DNA of 64,000 nucleotides from Centroscyllium fabricii. Its lineage: Eukaryota. The translations under genes were made by a program, and so were the position numbers. Below, piece after piece: positions 21,562 to 34,235 of this stretch. The notes below the pieces were generated by a model. The model worked only from the letters and a program-made list of their open reading frames with translations. It had not been told where the DNA came from and did not search any database. The stretch spans positions 35,340,001 to 35,404,000 of the forward strand of contig JBNRSN020000019.1 of assembly GCA_051313645.2 (NCBI GenBank), given 5' to 3'. The number at the start of each line of letters is the position of its first letter. Within the stretch, counting starts at the first letter, position 1.

Positions 21562-23407
21562 TCATCCCCTGCGCACTTCCCCCCTTCCCACCCTACTGCA
21601 GCTCCATAATGTGGCCCCAATAACTACAGTAAGGCTGGCAGGAGGCTGCTGAATGTTGGATCTGGAGACTGGAGATGGCCTTGAAGGATGCCCTTGACCA
21701 GCTCTGGGCCTGCAGGGCCCAGCTGCAGACTGCACCAACTCTGCATGGGCAGCAGCAGTCTGGGCTGGCTGTGTTACAGGCTGTGACAAGTGCAGTGGTG
21801 GTGTGGCAGTGGTGGAAGCAGGAATGCTGTCATCCTGAGAGAGGACAGCACCTTCCTGCTTGACTGACGCACCTCCCCAAGGCAGTACCTCAGCATCCAG
21901 AACAATCTTCTCGAGCATAGATTGCTGGCTTGCTGCGGTACCATCAGATCCCTGGTGGACTGTGGGCAACTCAGTGATGATGGCAGCTGTCAACACTTGC
22001 ATAACATCAATCTGAGACTGCATCAGAGTAGTCTGAGATAGGATGGCACCAGCCAATGACTCGATTGCAGCACTAAGCCGTTGCGTTGGCCTGTGCTGCA
22101 ATAGATCCTGCCACCTCACCCATTACAGGCGGCATTGTCTCTGGGTTCCCACAGTCTCCCTGCAATTCAACCATCCTCTGTAATGAGGCAGGGATGGGTT
22201 CAAGGATTTGCTCACAGATGACAGCTGTGCTGGCAGCGGACTCCTCCATGCTCCTAGCCACTGCATCCAAGCTTTCGGGCACCCTTGCCATTGCACCCAT
22301 GAGTTCCGTATGCATGCTCACAGCCTGAGTATTCATGGCTGCTATATCAAGGCCCTCATCCGAGTCTTGTGCAGCAGAACTTGTGCATGAACTCACCCTC
22401 TGGGGAGATGGCCCCAAGTTTCCCTTCCCCCATGGTGTTGCTGCAGTCCACTGGGTCCTGGAGCTTCACCCACATCAGAGCTAAATCCTCTGCTCCTCTC
22501 CAGTGACCACATGGCCCCAGTGTCGAAAGTGTCGCCCTTTGGAGATGCAGACGGTGAGGTGCGGGCTTCATCTTCCTCCTCCTCTGTTGTGTCGCTGCCA
22601 CTGGGAGGCTGAGGGACAGGCTGGTCAGCCAGTAGTTCACTATCTGAAAGCAGGAAGGTACTAGAGTGGCTTTAATGTGAGGGCAGGGGGGCAGGAACTG
22701 AGCAAGGACTGGAGACAGTATAGTTAGATTGAAAGTGTAAAAGGCTGGTGTTGTGAGGTGGTATGAGAGAGGAGAGTAAGCTGATGAACATACAGTTGCT
22801 GTCCCCAAGGGAGTCGACCTCTCCAACGGTCACAGCGCCGACTACATGACTGGCAATGAGTCTCCTCCAATTGTGTGAGGGGGTGCAGCTCCGCCTGTCC
22901 TCCTCCTGTCCATTGTTGCTCCCTGCGATTATGTGAAGGCTTGGCTTGCAAGAAAAAGGACAGCGTGTGTGTGAGTGTGCAGCCATGTGTTTGGCAGATG
23001 TGCCTACCACAGTTGAATAGTCGTTAATGTGTGCAAGGTGTGGGATGTGCATGTGACTTTTATGAGATGGGCATAGTTGTTGGGTGAGTGTTGGGCATTT
23101 GGGTATTTACACTGTTTGGGCACAGATGGTGAGATGGTGGGATGTAGAGGTTTTTCAAGCGGGTACTGACCACCCGAGTGAGGTTGTTGAACTTCTTACC
23201 GCACTGCATATGCGTCCTTTGGACCAGGCTCCTCGATGAAACGTGTTGGGAAACCTCCCTCCAGACCCTTCTAAACTCGTGGGGCAATGGCCTCCTGCCA
23301 GTGTCTGGAAAGACCACTGCCCATCGCCAATCAACAGCACCAACCAGAGCCACCAATGCCTGGTCGCTAAATCGGCGAGCTCTCTCCCTGGGCCTCTGAG
23401 TATCCAT
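21562..23407 (-). pseudogene. Harbinger Myb/SANT DNA-binding partner gene, probably 3 exons (~23170-23407, ~22800-22945, ~21562-22643)
   Basis: RARRFSDQALVALV..WREVSQHV..RTHMQCGKKFNNL followed by GTCAGT; next segment AKPSHNRREQQWTGGG follows a pyrimidine-CAG. Confidence 0.78.
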
Positions 23408-23539
23408 CAGAAATCTTAGATGAAGATTTTTAACTGCTTGCAGGCCGATGTCAAACGCTGCAATGAGCAGGGTATGGCTGTGCAGCAAGATGGCTCCTCC
23501 CCTTTAAGAATTGGATGGCGCCAGTCTGTCTGTGTACAA

Positions 23540-23830
23540 CATTTGACCCTTTGTGACTGCACCCTTTGATCTCAGGCTGACTGATATGTTAGAACACCTT
23601 TGATTGCTTTGATGTCTCTCAGCTGAGGTGTGATGTGAAACACTTGGAGAGACCACATTGTTCTCTCTCTCTATATATGCTATGTTTAAATGAATCTCAT
23701 CACTTCACCTGAGGAAGGAGCAGCGCTCCGAAAGCTTGTGATTTCAAATAAAACTGTTGGACTATAACCTGGTGTTGTGTGACTTCTTACAATTGTCCAC
23801 CCCAGTCCAACACCGGCACCTCCACATCAT
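23540..23830 (+). mobile_element. Penelope-like element 3' terminal fragment
   Basis: Shares CCTGANGAAGG..CTCCGAAAGCTTGTGATTT.AAATAAAAC..TTGGACT.TAA.CCTGGTGTTGTGTGACTT with 26668-26750; 5' boundary approximate. Confidence 0.78.
23705..23741 (+). ncRNA. Minimal hammerhead ribozyme motif
   Basis: TCAC-CTGAGGA-A-GGAGC(AGC)GCTCC-GAAA-GCTT-GTGA. Confidence 0.75.
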
Positions 23831-26221
23831 GTGTTCAAGGTGATTGACATCGCCTGAGCTTCAATAGCGCTCTGAGGTAACGCCGCGCTCCCCGACATTA
23901 GCGCCCTAATAGAGGTTTGTAGTGCTTGATTTAGCGCTCCAATCACCTCCAGGGGCACTGGAGATGAATTTCGCGGTTGGTGGCGATAATTAGCACCGGG
24001 TGCTAAAATTTGCGCCCTGCCGATATTCGCGCCCCAAAATGGGCAATTTCCGATTTTTTTCCCTTGATGTTCTACATTTCATGGTAAAACCACTACTAAA
24101 GCTGAAAAGAAAACAATGAATGCAGTGAGTGGCGATTAGGAAAGTATTCTTTGAGAACTAGCTATGAACACTTGCATCTGATTTTGTTCACAAGACAGTG
24201 GGGTATGTGTGTCTGGAAATTTAGAGCCTCCTGGGTAAATAAGAACTTTCTCAATGCATAGGGATGAAGTGCCCCTATTTCAGTTTGCTCTTTGTGTGCA
24301 AGAGATTTTTAAAAAAAGTCAAATTATTGTTTGAAGTTATAATGAGATGGAGGCGCCCACCCCAGCACACATTATGAGTCCCCTGATGTTCTCAGTCTCA
24401 CTACATCTCTCTTTCTTACGCACTCACTGAAGTTTTTTGCAAATCTTTGGAACTATTATGAGTATGAACATCAAATTATCACAATGCCAAGCTAGACATA
24501 GCTGTATCTGTTTTTCAGATCTGCCAATCACATATTTGTTGTTTTTGTCACAGACTGTACAATAAACTACAGTATGTACGTCAGTAATATTTTAAAGAGC
24601 CTTTTAAAGGGCTTTCTGTGAATTAATCTCATCTAAAATGCAGATTGCAGCTCTGCAGTGTGATAAAGCGGATTGGAAGCTGCAGTAGAATCAGTTATCT
24701 CATGTGTATCACAGCCTGTCACTCATTTTCTGCGCCAATCCTCACAATAGTCCATTGCCTCTAGAGAGACTTAAGCCACATTTGGAATTTGGGCTCAACG
24801 GTCCAGTAATCTGTCTCCGTTGTGCTGCGTCTGTTCATCAAAAGCTGCTGAGGTATTGCAGAGATAATGTATAACTCAGAATGAAAAGGGCCTGCCTCAC
24901 TGATAGTAGGAGAGAAAACCTTATGCCAGTCTCTTGGCAATGCATTCAAAAAGAAATAGGCCCTTTGAAAGAGTAATTTACAGAAACAGATTAAAGGATC
25001 GATTTTACAATTGGTTAAGCCCAATTAAAAAGCTACGGTGCGCATAACTGACTGGAAAATTGGGCAAAGATCTATCATGACAGATTTCGCCCAATTAGTG
25101 CCCCATCCGATTTTCCAGTTGGATTTGTACTGGTGTTAGAATCACTCCCAGTTTGCAGTAAATTGTATTAGGACTAGGCCCCAGTAACATCATATAGACA
25201 GCCACACAATTTCCAAGCGTTTATGTCAATATAATCTACCCAGCCATACAAAATGGGTGTTCCAGCCTGCTGGTGTGTGCTTCTAAGTGGAAATATATTG
25301 AAAGAGCCCTGCAGTAAGATTTGTAGCAACATTTGAGACGATTTCCAAAACTTTGTTTTTCTTTCCCACTTAGATGGCCATGAGGCTTTGTGCCAAGTGT
25401 TCTGGCACTCCCAATTTTTGAGATAGTGGGGTCCAATTGGGATTCTCCTTTTCCTTCTGTTTTTTTTCTGAGGTAAAAGAGGAGGATCAACGGAGGGCTA
25501 ACAGACAGGCCAGGCTGAACCAGGGGCAGACTGTGACCGCTGTTGGTAATCACACACCTATATCTACAAGCACAAGTGTATCTATCTGGTAATGATTGTG
25601 AAAAACTGGCTACAGAGGTTTCCGGTCAGTAGGCAGCATATGTAGAGCTATTCCATCTGCTGCAAGGATACCTGCAGCTAGCATGCACCTTAGAGCTGGC
25701 ACTGTCAGTGGCAATAATGGTTATTTGCACCCCAAGTACTTCTCCACCTCTTTGTAATGTCTTATGAGAAGGGTGCCCTTGAGCACTGGGCAGGGCTATC
25801 CTGCTCGATGCCACCTCATCCTGCACCACCTTCACTTTGCCACCCATCAAACAGGGATTGAAATGTTGCGCTGCTCCAACCCTTGGCTCCAGCCTCAGTT
25901 TCCTGCCTCCAGATTTATTGTGTCAGCCACTTGGTTTTGCTGGGCATTTCTGTTAAATAAACAGCTTTTTCAAAGGCTGGAATATTCTTTTTATGAGGCC
26001 ACTTACATTTAAGTGGCGGCATCCTTTTAAATGTACTCACCACGCTTCTAATTCGCTTTTAATGGTCTGTTCACATGAAATTTTCTACCCTCCTCTGGCA
26101 AACTCCCAATGCCAGGCCCAATATGGGCCCAGAGCTTTCCACTATAAGCTAACCCAACGAAATAAAATGGGGCCAGTGCAGTGACAGTTGGGCAAGAGCT
26201 AATAACACACTAGCTGAATTC

Positions 26222-26760
26222 AGCTTCCGATCTTCGGGTGAGCATTCTCCAGGGTGGCCTTCAAGATACACGACAACGCAAAATCGTCGAGCAGAGGCTG
26301 ATTGCCAAGTTCCGCACCCATGAGCACGGCCTCAACTGTGATATTGGGTTTATGTCACGCTACATGTGACCCCGCCTGGCGTGGAGTCGTCCAGACCCGA
26401 ACCATCTTCGGCTTTTTTATATAAAAAAAGTAATTCTGTGGGATTTACAGCAGACTAGCGTTAGGCCCTGTGACTGCACCCTTTTGATGTGTCTTTTTTG
26501 CTTTAAAGAAGGGGAAAAAAATCACACTGTGTTTTGCAATTGTGCCCCATTGTTCGCAGACTGAGGTGTTAAGGTATGCTAATATGCTTGTGTGCTCTAG
26601 GGTTGGATGTATGGGATCAAATTTCTCCCCTCCCCCATGTGTGTGATCTTTGACTTTAGTTTCTCTTTCACCTGACGAAGGGGCAAAAGCTCCGAAAGCT
26701 TGTGATTTAAAATAAAACGTTGGACTTTAAACCTGGTGTTGTGTGACTTTTTGCATTTCT
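26222..26760 (+). mobile_element. 5'-truncated Penelope-like element (GIY-YIG C-terminus and 3' region)
   Basis: Hand translation SDLRVSILQGGLQDTRQRKIVEQRLIAKFRTHEHGLNCDIGFMSRYM*; hammerhead downstream. Confidence 0.83.
26668..26705 (+). ncRNA. Minimal hammerhead ribozyme motif
   Basis: TCAC-CTGACGA-A-GGGGC(AAAA)GCTCC-GAAA-GCTT-GTGA. Confidence 0.78.
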
Positions 26761-27084
26761 CTGGGTCAGGGAGAGTATGAGTGTACAATTATTGTCAGCT
26801 TGTTTCATAATGACTTAGATAGTTTAGAAAAGTTAATACAGGTATATATGCAAGTGTAACACTGAATCAAGCTTTGCAAAGGACAATGTTAATGTTTGTA
26901 AGGAACAAAGGTGGCAAAGAGCTATTTTAAAGTTAATCTTTGGGACTGCTCCCATGAAACTGGAATATATGTTGATTACCCAATCACCTGTGTGAGAATG
27001 TCAGGGAATGATTCTAATATTGTTAACAGATGCAAGGAGGGAGTCACAGCCATAGTGAGCGTGGGTTAGAGAATTGGGGTTCTC

Positions 27085-27260
27085 CCAGTGTCCTGGACAA
27101 CATTTGCTCTCAACACCCTAAAAAACAAAATTGACTGGTCATTCATCTCCCTGATGTTTGTGGAATTCTGTGGTGCAAAATGGCTGCATGCTTGCCTGCA
27201 CAACAGTCAGAGCATTTCAAAGTAATTAATGTATGTGAAACACTTTGAAATGTTTTAAAA
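27085..27260 (+). mobile_element. Old Deu-type SINE remnant
   Basis: CTGGTCATTCATCTC..TGTTTGTGG..AAAATGGCTGC..ACAACAGT..TTCAAAGTAATT..TGTGAAACACTTTG resembles the tail at 5799-5876 in reverse. Confidence 0.5.
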
Positions 27261-27273
27261 TACATCATATGAC

Positions 27274-27540
27274 TGTGGTAACCATCTATTACCATTGTAT
27301 ATAGTGATGTGCTCACCTTACCATTGTATATAGTTGATGTGCTCACCTTGACATTGTATGCTAGGCCAGGTCAGCCACACCCCTAACTCCTCCCCTCAGG
27401 TCGGAGCATATAGGTGAGGACTGCCCTGCCCCCGCTCACTCTCGCCTTGAACTCGACAGGAGACCAGCTCCATTGTAAGTGAATAAAAGCCTATAGTTTG
27501 GGTAACTACTCGTCTTTTGAGTTTGATTGACGATACGTCA
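27274..27540 (+). mobile_element. Solo LTR related to the 369-667 and family A LTRs
   Basis: TGTGGTAACC...GACGATACGTCA; TSD ATGAC (27269-27273, 27541-27545); internal ~30-bp tandem duplication. Confidence 0.94.
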
Positions 27541-28214
27541 ATGACATTATGCAATTCCTTCTTTTTTCTTTCTTCACACAACACGAGGAATCCCCAAATT
27601 ACATGACATTGACGAAATATCCTCTTTTGTGCTCTGTTTCACCCAGTCCGCTATACTCTGGCTCACACTCTAGCTTCTCTGCAGACTATCTGTGCAGTGG
27701 TGCTTGGGCAGTATTGCGTGAGTGACAGCATGTGCTGTGAAGGAGGAAAAGAAGAAGAGAGGTTACCATGATGTCCTGATGAGCAGGGTTCACATGTTAC
27801 TTATTGGATAGTAACATGAGGGTTTCACAACATTTTGCTGGCAGTTAATGTGAAGTACAATAGAGTGAGAAGGAAGAAGGTCAGAAGCTTAAGTTGAACC
27901 TGCAACTGGCACATGTCCTGCTCCTTGCCTTTCTCTGACATCCTCAATGGCTTTGAAGTGCTTTTTCCTCGAGGGAGATGAAAGTTGAATGTTTGAAGAG
28001 TTGTCACCTGTCACAGCTCTCTCGCTTGTGTTATGGACCGTCTTATCCTTGAAAAAGCATGCAGACTGAGAACTACTTTTGATTACCACATCATGCAGTA
28101 AAAGCTTCTACTGACTTCCTGTGACTTGCTGTCGCCCATTTTGCGCTTCTGGCATTGACCAATTTCACCCCAGAGTCTTTTTTCATCTGTTGAGATTATT
28201 GACTTCACTACCTC

Positions 28215-29032
28215 AGTGTTCAGTTCCATTATCAATTCCTCAGATAATGAAGCAGTCTATGCTTGCATGTAGCAAGACCTAGACAACATTCAGGCTTGGG
28301 CTGATAAGTGGCAAGTAACATTTATGCCACACAAGTGCCAGGCAATGACTATCTCTAACAAGTGAGAGCCTAACCACTGCTCCTTGGCATTACCATCGCT
28401 GAATCCTCCACCATCAACATCTTGGGGGTCACCATTGGTCAGAAACTTAACCGGACCAACCACATAAAGACTGTGGCAACAGGAGCAGGTCAGAGGCTAG
28501 GTATTGTATGGCAAGTGTCTCACCTACTGACTCCCCAAAGCCTTCCCACCATCTACAAGGCACAAGTCAGGAGTGTGATAGAATACTCACCACTTGATGA
28601 GTGCAGCTCCAACAACAATCAAGAAGCTCAACAACATTCAGGACAAAGCAGCCCGCTTGATTGGTACTCCATCCACTGTGTGCACTGTGGCTGCAGTGTG
28701 TACCATCTACAAGATGCACTGCAGCAACTCGCCAAGACTTCTTCAGCAGCACCTCCCAAACCCGCGACCTCTACCACCTAGAAGGACAAGGGCAGCAGGC
28801 GCATGGGAACACTATCACCACCAAGTTCCTCTCCAAGTCACACACCATCCTGACTTAGAAGTATATCGTCGATCCTTCATCGTCGCTGGGTCAAAATCCT
28901 GGAACTCCCTCCCTAACAGCACTGTGGGAGTACCTTCACCACACGGACTGCAGCGGTTCAAGAAGGCGCCCACCACCACCACCTCAAGGGCAATTAGGGA
29001 TGGGCAATATCCCAGGGATTAATAAAAAAAAA
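28215..29032 (+). mobile_element. CR1-group LINE 3' fragment
   Basis: DLDNIQAWADKWQVTF, IYKAQVRSVIEYSP, KSWNSLP; A-rich end. Confidence 0.85.
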
Positions 29033-31495
29033 CTTCAAATAGAATTTGTACCACTTCTCAATTCGTAAAACTCTCTTCAGGAAGCTTGGTTTTTTTTGGA
29101 AGTAATTCTGAATAACGTTATAAAGCCCAAGTCATTCAAGACTTTGATACCTCTCCCATATCCAAGTAGGCTCTTCTAACATCTCTCGATAACCCCTAGA
29201 CAGGATACAAGTAAAATGTTTGTGATCTTATAGGCATTCTTTTTCTCACCTCCAGCCGACATTTGTCTTTCTTGACTGCTACCTTGTCTGTTATTGTGAC
29301 CAGTGCTCCTTTGAGCTTAACTCTGTTGTTACTCATAAGCTACAAATATGTCACCCGACGTGCCCTGCCTTCTCTCTCCATCTTCACTGTGTTGAAATCA
29401 AGACTCATCACACTGCCTCCAACTCTAATTTGTTCTTTCTCAGGACCTCAAGATTGTAACTCTCAACCTCCCTCAGTCTTTTTCTCCTCCTATTACTGAA
29501 TCACTACTTCCTGATTTTCCTAATCTCTTTTGCTGGTTTTTATCTTGTTGGTATCTTGCATTATGGGCCTTCATTATTCACTAATATTATTCAATAATAA
29601 AATAAAAATAATTAAAAAAATTAAGCTCAACTATAGCAACACAGCTCTAGTTGTGATTAATCAATTATCCCAAGCATATTAGTGAAATTTAATTTTGACC
29701 GTGCAAATAATATTATAACCCTGATCAATGTCAATGAGCAATAGTTGTTTTGCAAGGTTAACTTCTGTAGTCTTTATAGCAAGGTACAACCATATTCTTT
29801 CAACATTGATTCTGTCTAATGAGTGACATTAATGTAAAGTCATAAGACATCTTTGATCAAATGACAGATTAAGTGATGTATAGAAACAGCTCAGTCTCTC
29901 TTGGGTAATAACAATAAACTCGCTCTCTGGCTTGCTGTGCTGATTCAAGCTCCTGTAAGTTAAAATTACTCTTCAGCTTGTCCTCTTCAGTTGCTGTCAT
30001 ATTTTCTGCTTTGTTTGTGAAGTTTTCTCTTATTCTTTCATATTGAAAGAGCATGAGAAATCCTGGAATAAAGAAAAGCCATCTGACCGTCTAAGCTGCA
30101 CCTTATGACGTGCCCGATCATGAGCTCCAGCCCATTCATTAAAGCTCTTGCATAATTATCCAGAATGAGTGCATGATCCTGAAAAATCATGAAGCCAAAG
30201 TGCCAGAATATTTATCAATGCTGAGATCTACACTAATCAGCCCTGGTCTGTTGACCTGCAGAGAATACTTCTATCCCCAGTAGCATTGAGCCATCATGCC
30301 ACGTGGAGTAACTCACCATTTCAGTTTATGCCTATTCCAAATCCTTCAGTTTCAAGTAGATATTTACCTCAGTTCAATTGCTTTTGCAGTGAGTGTTCTC
30401 CATGTGTACACCACTCTGGGAAAAGTGAGTTTCTTCTAACCCTTTGTCTCACTTGAGACTTCATTTTAAACCCATGTCCTTTAGTTCTGTGCTTCCAATC
30501 CAGGTCAAGTAGCCACTTACAGCTTTAGCATTGATACCTCTTAGCATTTTAATGGATTGGATATGTCGCCCTTTAATTTTTCTTCAACGAAGAAGCTCTA
30601 CAACTTTCTTCTCATGACTTACAACCTCTGTAGCTCTCTTCTGGTTTTATCTTCTTGATTCACATCTATATATGGTGTCATTCTCATTCTTTGGGGGGAA
30701 AATTCAATTGCTTTGTGCCTCCCGTTAGCCCCTTTATCCTTTGTTTCTGCTATTCTTTTACTTTTTGTATCTTTCACCACCTATTGCTACATTTTTCTTC
30801 TACCACCTTTTTACTACATTCTTGTAATAACTTTTCCCTATTATTTAATTTATTTATGCTAACTATAAAGCAAGATACAAAAATTTAAATACTTTAAATT
30901 ATCACAGCTGGATCAATATTTTGGAAAATTATTAAATAGTTTTCATCAATGTTACCATATCTAATTAATACTACTAATGTGTTCTTAAACTGTAGCAACT
31001 AAATTAACTTATCTACACTGAATTAAAAAGTTAAGATTTGAGGATAATTGACGTTTTCTTAGGCTTTAAGCTCAACATATTATTTAAGCAAGTTAACCTT
31101 ATAGAGATGTACATGCACAGTTTTGGTGAGTGCAGATTTTGGTTGTTGCATAGTTTTGATAACTGTAACATTTTGGTTACTTTATACATTTGGCTGGTGT
31201 TTGATGTTGATGACTGTACAGATTTGATTGATTTATAGATTTTGTAAGTATTTAGTTTTGGTGAGTGTACAGCTTTGAATGCGGTATAGATCAGGTCAGT
31301 GCATAGATTTTGTAGCCCAATTTTTCAGCTCCAATCATAGGATAGCTTTTTTTTGACGCCATAGATTTAACACAAGCAGTTTGTAAAGTTCAGGGATGTC
31401 CATTTCCAGTTGTGCTGGCAATAGGATGCCCCAAGTTTCAGATTGGGCTACTGAACTCATTGAAGCAAATGCCCCTGTTTGGGAGGTGAAAGCCG

Positions 31496-33363
31496 ATTCA
31501 ATTCAATTCAATTCAATTCAAGTTTTATTGTCATTGCAGAGTACTAGTACAATACAACGAGACGAAGACTCGACTCTCCCGAGAGTAGTGCAAATAAATT
31601 ACATGCAAATTGCATACAGTAAAGTACATTATCAGGCGTGCAGGTACCGTAGTTTCTTTTTAGAGTTCAGGAGTCTGACAGCCCTGGGGAAGAAGCTGTT
31701 CTGAAATCTAGTCGTGCGGGTGCAAATTGCTCTGTAGCGTCTCCCGGAGGGCAGGGGGGCGAACAGACTGTGGCTGGGGTGTGTGGGGTCTTTAATAATG
31801 TTCATAGACCTCCGTAAGCAGCGTTTGAGGTAGATGCTTTCCATTGACGGTAGCTGTGTACCGGTAATTCGTTGGGCAGTTTTGACTACCCGCTGCAGGG
31901 TTTTCCGGTCCGAGATAGTGCAATTTCCATACCAGACAGTGATGCAGCTTGTCAGTATGCTTTCTATTGTGCAGCGGTAGAAGTTGGAGAGGATGCCGGA
32001 TGACAGCCTGGCTTTCTTCAGCTTCCTTAGGAAGTACAGGCGCTGTTGGGCCTTCTTAACCAGAGAGGAGGTGTTTAGTGACCAGGAGAGATCTTCCGAG
32101 ATGTGGACCCCGAGGAACTTGAAGCTGGACACCCTTTCCACCTCAGCCCCTTGGATGAAGATGGGGGTGTGTCTTCTGCTTCCAGTCCTCCGGAAGTCCA
32201 CTATGATCTCCTTGGTTTTCTTGGTGTTCAGTGCCAGGTTGTGTCAGCACACCAACCCACAAGGCGCTGGATCTCATCCCTGTAGGCTGACTTGTCGTTG
32301 TTGGTGATCTGGCCAACCACCGTGGTGTCATCCGCGAACTTGATGATCGTGTTGGAGCCATGGACAGCCGCACAGTCGTGAGTGAAGAGGGAGTAGAGGA
32401 GGGGGCTCAGCACACAACCTTGTGGGGCCCCCGTGTTCAGGGTAAGGGGGGGGAGGTGAGGTTGCCTAACTTCACAGACTGTGGTCTGTTGGTTAGGAAG
32501 TCCAGGGTCCAGTTGCAGAGGGAGGTGTTCAGGCCGAGGGTGAGGAGTTTGGTAGACAATTTGCTGGGGACGATGGTGTTGAATGCTGAGCTGTAGTCAA
32601 TAAACAGCATTCTGATATATGTATCTTTGCTATCCAGGTGGTTTAGTGCAGAGTGAAGAGCCGTAGTGATAGCATCTTCTGTAGATCTGTTCCCACGGTA
32701 GGCGAACTGGTATTGGTCCAGGGCGGCGGGGATGCTGGCTTTGATGTGGGCCAGGACCAGCCGCTCGAAACACTTCATAATAATGGGTGTAAGTGCAACA
32801 GGGCGGTCGTCGTTCAGGCACGTCACGGCCGTTTTCTTGGGCACAGGGATGATGGTGGCGGTCTTGAAGCAGGTAGGGACAGCTGCCTTCGCCAGTGACA
32901 GGTTGAAGATGTCAGTGAAGACTTCAGCCAGTTGGTCGGCACATTCTTTGAGTGCCCGGCCGGGGATGCCATCAGGACCCGCGGCCTTCCGTGCGTTCAC
33001 TCTACGTAGAGCACCTCTAACGTCGGAGCAGGACAGTGTTAATGGCTGGTCTTCCGGGGATTGCAGGACTTTGGTGGCTGGCTCCTTGTTGTCCCTGTCG
33101 AAGCGAGCATAGAAGTTGTTGAGTTCCTCCGGTAGGGAGGCATCGCCGGACGGGGGGCTGGTGTTTCTGCACTTGTAGTCCGTGATGGACTGTATGCCTT
33201 GCCACATACGTCGAGGGTCCGAGTTGTTGTGAAAGTGTTCCTCTATCTTCAGTGTCTGGTTTCGTTTGGCAGACCTGATACCCCTCTTTAGGTTGGCCCG
33301 GGCTGTGCTGTAAGCCGCCATATCCCCAGATTTGAAAGCTGTGTCACGTGCCTTCAGCAGCAA
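31496..33363 (-). mobile_element. Rex1/Babar LINE, 5'-truncated and frameshifted
   Basis: [54 protein letters not shown]; (TTGAA)n tail. Confidence 0.93.
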
Positions 33364-33371
33364 GCGGTTAC

Positions 33372-33887
33372 TGTTGCAACAAAAGGGCTGTTAGTCCTTC
33401 AACAATAACTTCCACGTGATTCAGGCTCGAGTGATTCATTCAACAACAAATTTTAATATAGATTGACTGAACAGTCTTATAATACAACTGTCTTCAGATT
33501 ACATTAAATGACAAGCAAGAAATACAAGCAAATAATACAAGCTGGATCCCAGACCCCGGATTGATAAGACCCAACGCTCTAGACTGCCTGCATGGCTGTG
33601 GACTTCCAACTATCCCACGAATTCTAACTTTCAAAGGGGGAATGCTGTAGCTTTATACTATTTGGCTGCCTTGGGCTGCAAGTACTTATCTTCTGTTTTC
33701 TTCTTCTAATCATAAATTATCCAATCTTTCTAGCTCTGCCTTAGCTGACTATGGGATGGTGGTGGCCTCATTCTCTTATCTTAGCTAGAGATACAGTCTG
33801 TGCCTCTCAGGAATGTATAAGACTATGTTATCAAAATATTACTTACATACGGCCGGCAAATGCTATAAATGAGAAAAATTTCCCATA
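33372..33887 (-). mobile_element. Possible solo LTR of another family
   Basis: TG start and LTR-like composition with minus-strand TATAAA and ATTAAA; no TSD or partner found. Confidence 0.3.
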
Positions 33888-34235
33888 AGCTTCCGATATG
33901 TCTTCCTTTTTCCTCAGCTGAGGATTCCCTCTACCATGGTTGACCAGGCCATTGGCCCGCATTTTTACAGATGGGAGCTGTTGATGATTCTGCTATTCCC
34001 ATTTTTACCTCTTCTAGACCCATCTTTCTTTCTTTACTTGTCCCATTACCATCTCTTTTTGCTTTGTACAATCATACCTTTTGTCATTTAATCCCTCCTG
34101 CCTTCTACCCCATCACAGACCTTCCCTTTTGTTCATTTCTCCCTTCTCACCTGTCTCTGCCCCTGCACTTGCTTAAAACCTGCTATATCTCCAATTTTTC
34201 CCAGTTCTGACGAAATGTCTTCATCCTGAAATGTT
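33888..34235 (+). mobile_element. Penelope-like remnant ending in a degenerate hammerhead (CTGACGA...GAAA, 34207-34231)
   Basis: Pyrimidine-rich 3' region and CAGTTCTGACGAA..CCTGAAATGTT, cut by the Harbinger start. Confidence 0.55.

Larger units (their letters stand above)
754..24064 (+). mobile_element. PIF/Harbinger DNA transposon, decayed, acting as host for nested insertions; left end outside window or obscured
   Basis: Transposase segments at ~754-949, 5877-6432 and 20999-21233 join once insertions are removed; convergent Myb/SANT gene at 21562-23407; GC-rich subterminal region ending ...TTTTTCCCC at ~24064 (right boundary approximate). Confidence 0.8.

Noticed and set aside
25052-25118. 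Inverted repeat CTGGAAAAT...ATTTTCCAG
   Set aside because: Probably a tiny Harbinger-type MITE relic; too short to support a call.
29040-31490. Host exons in AT-rich sequence (for example ORF 29869-30054)
   Set aside because: No recognisable protein similarity or convincing splice pattern; a small exon cannot be excluded without RNA data.
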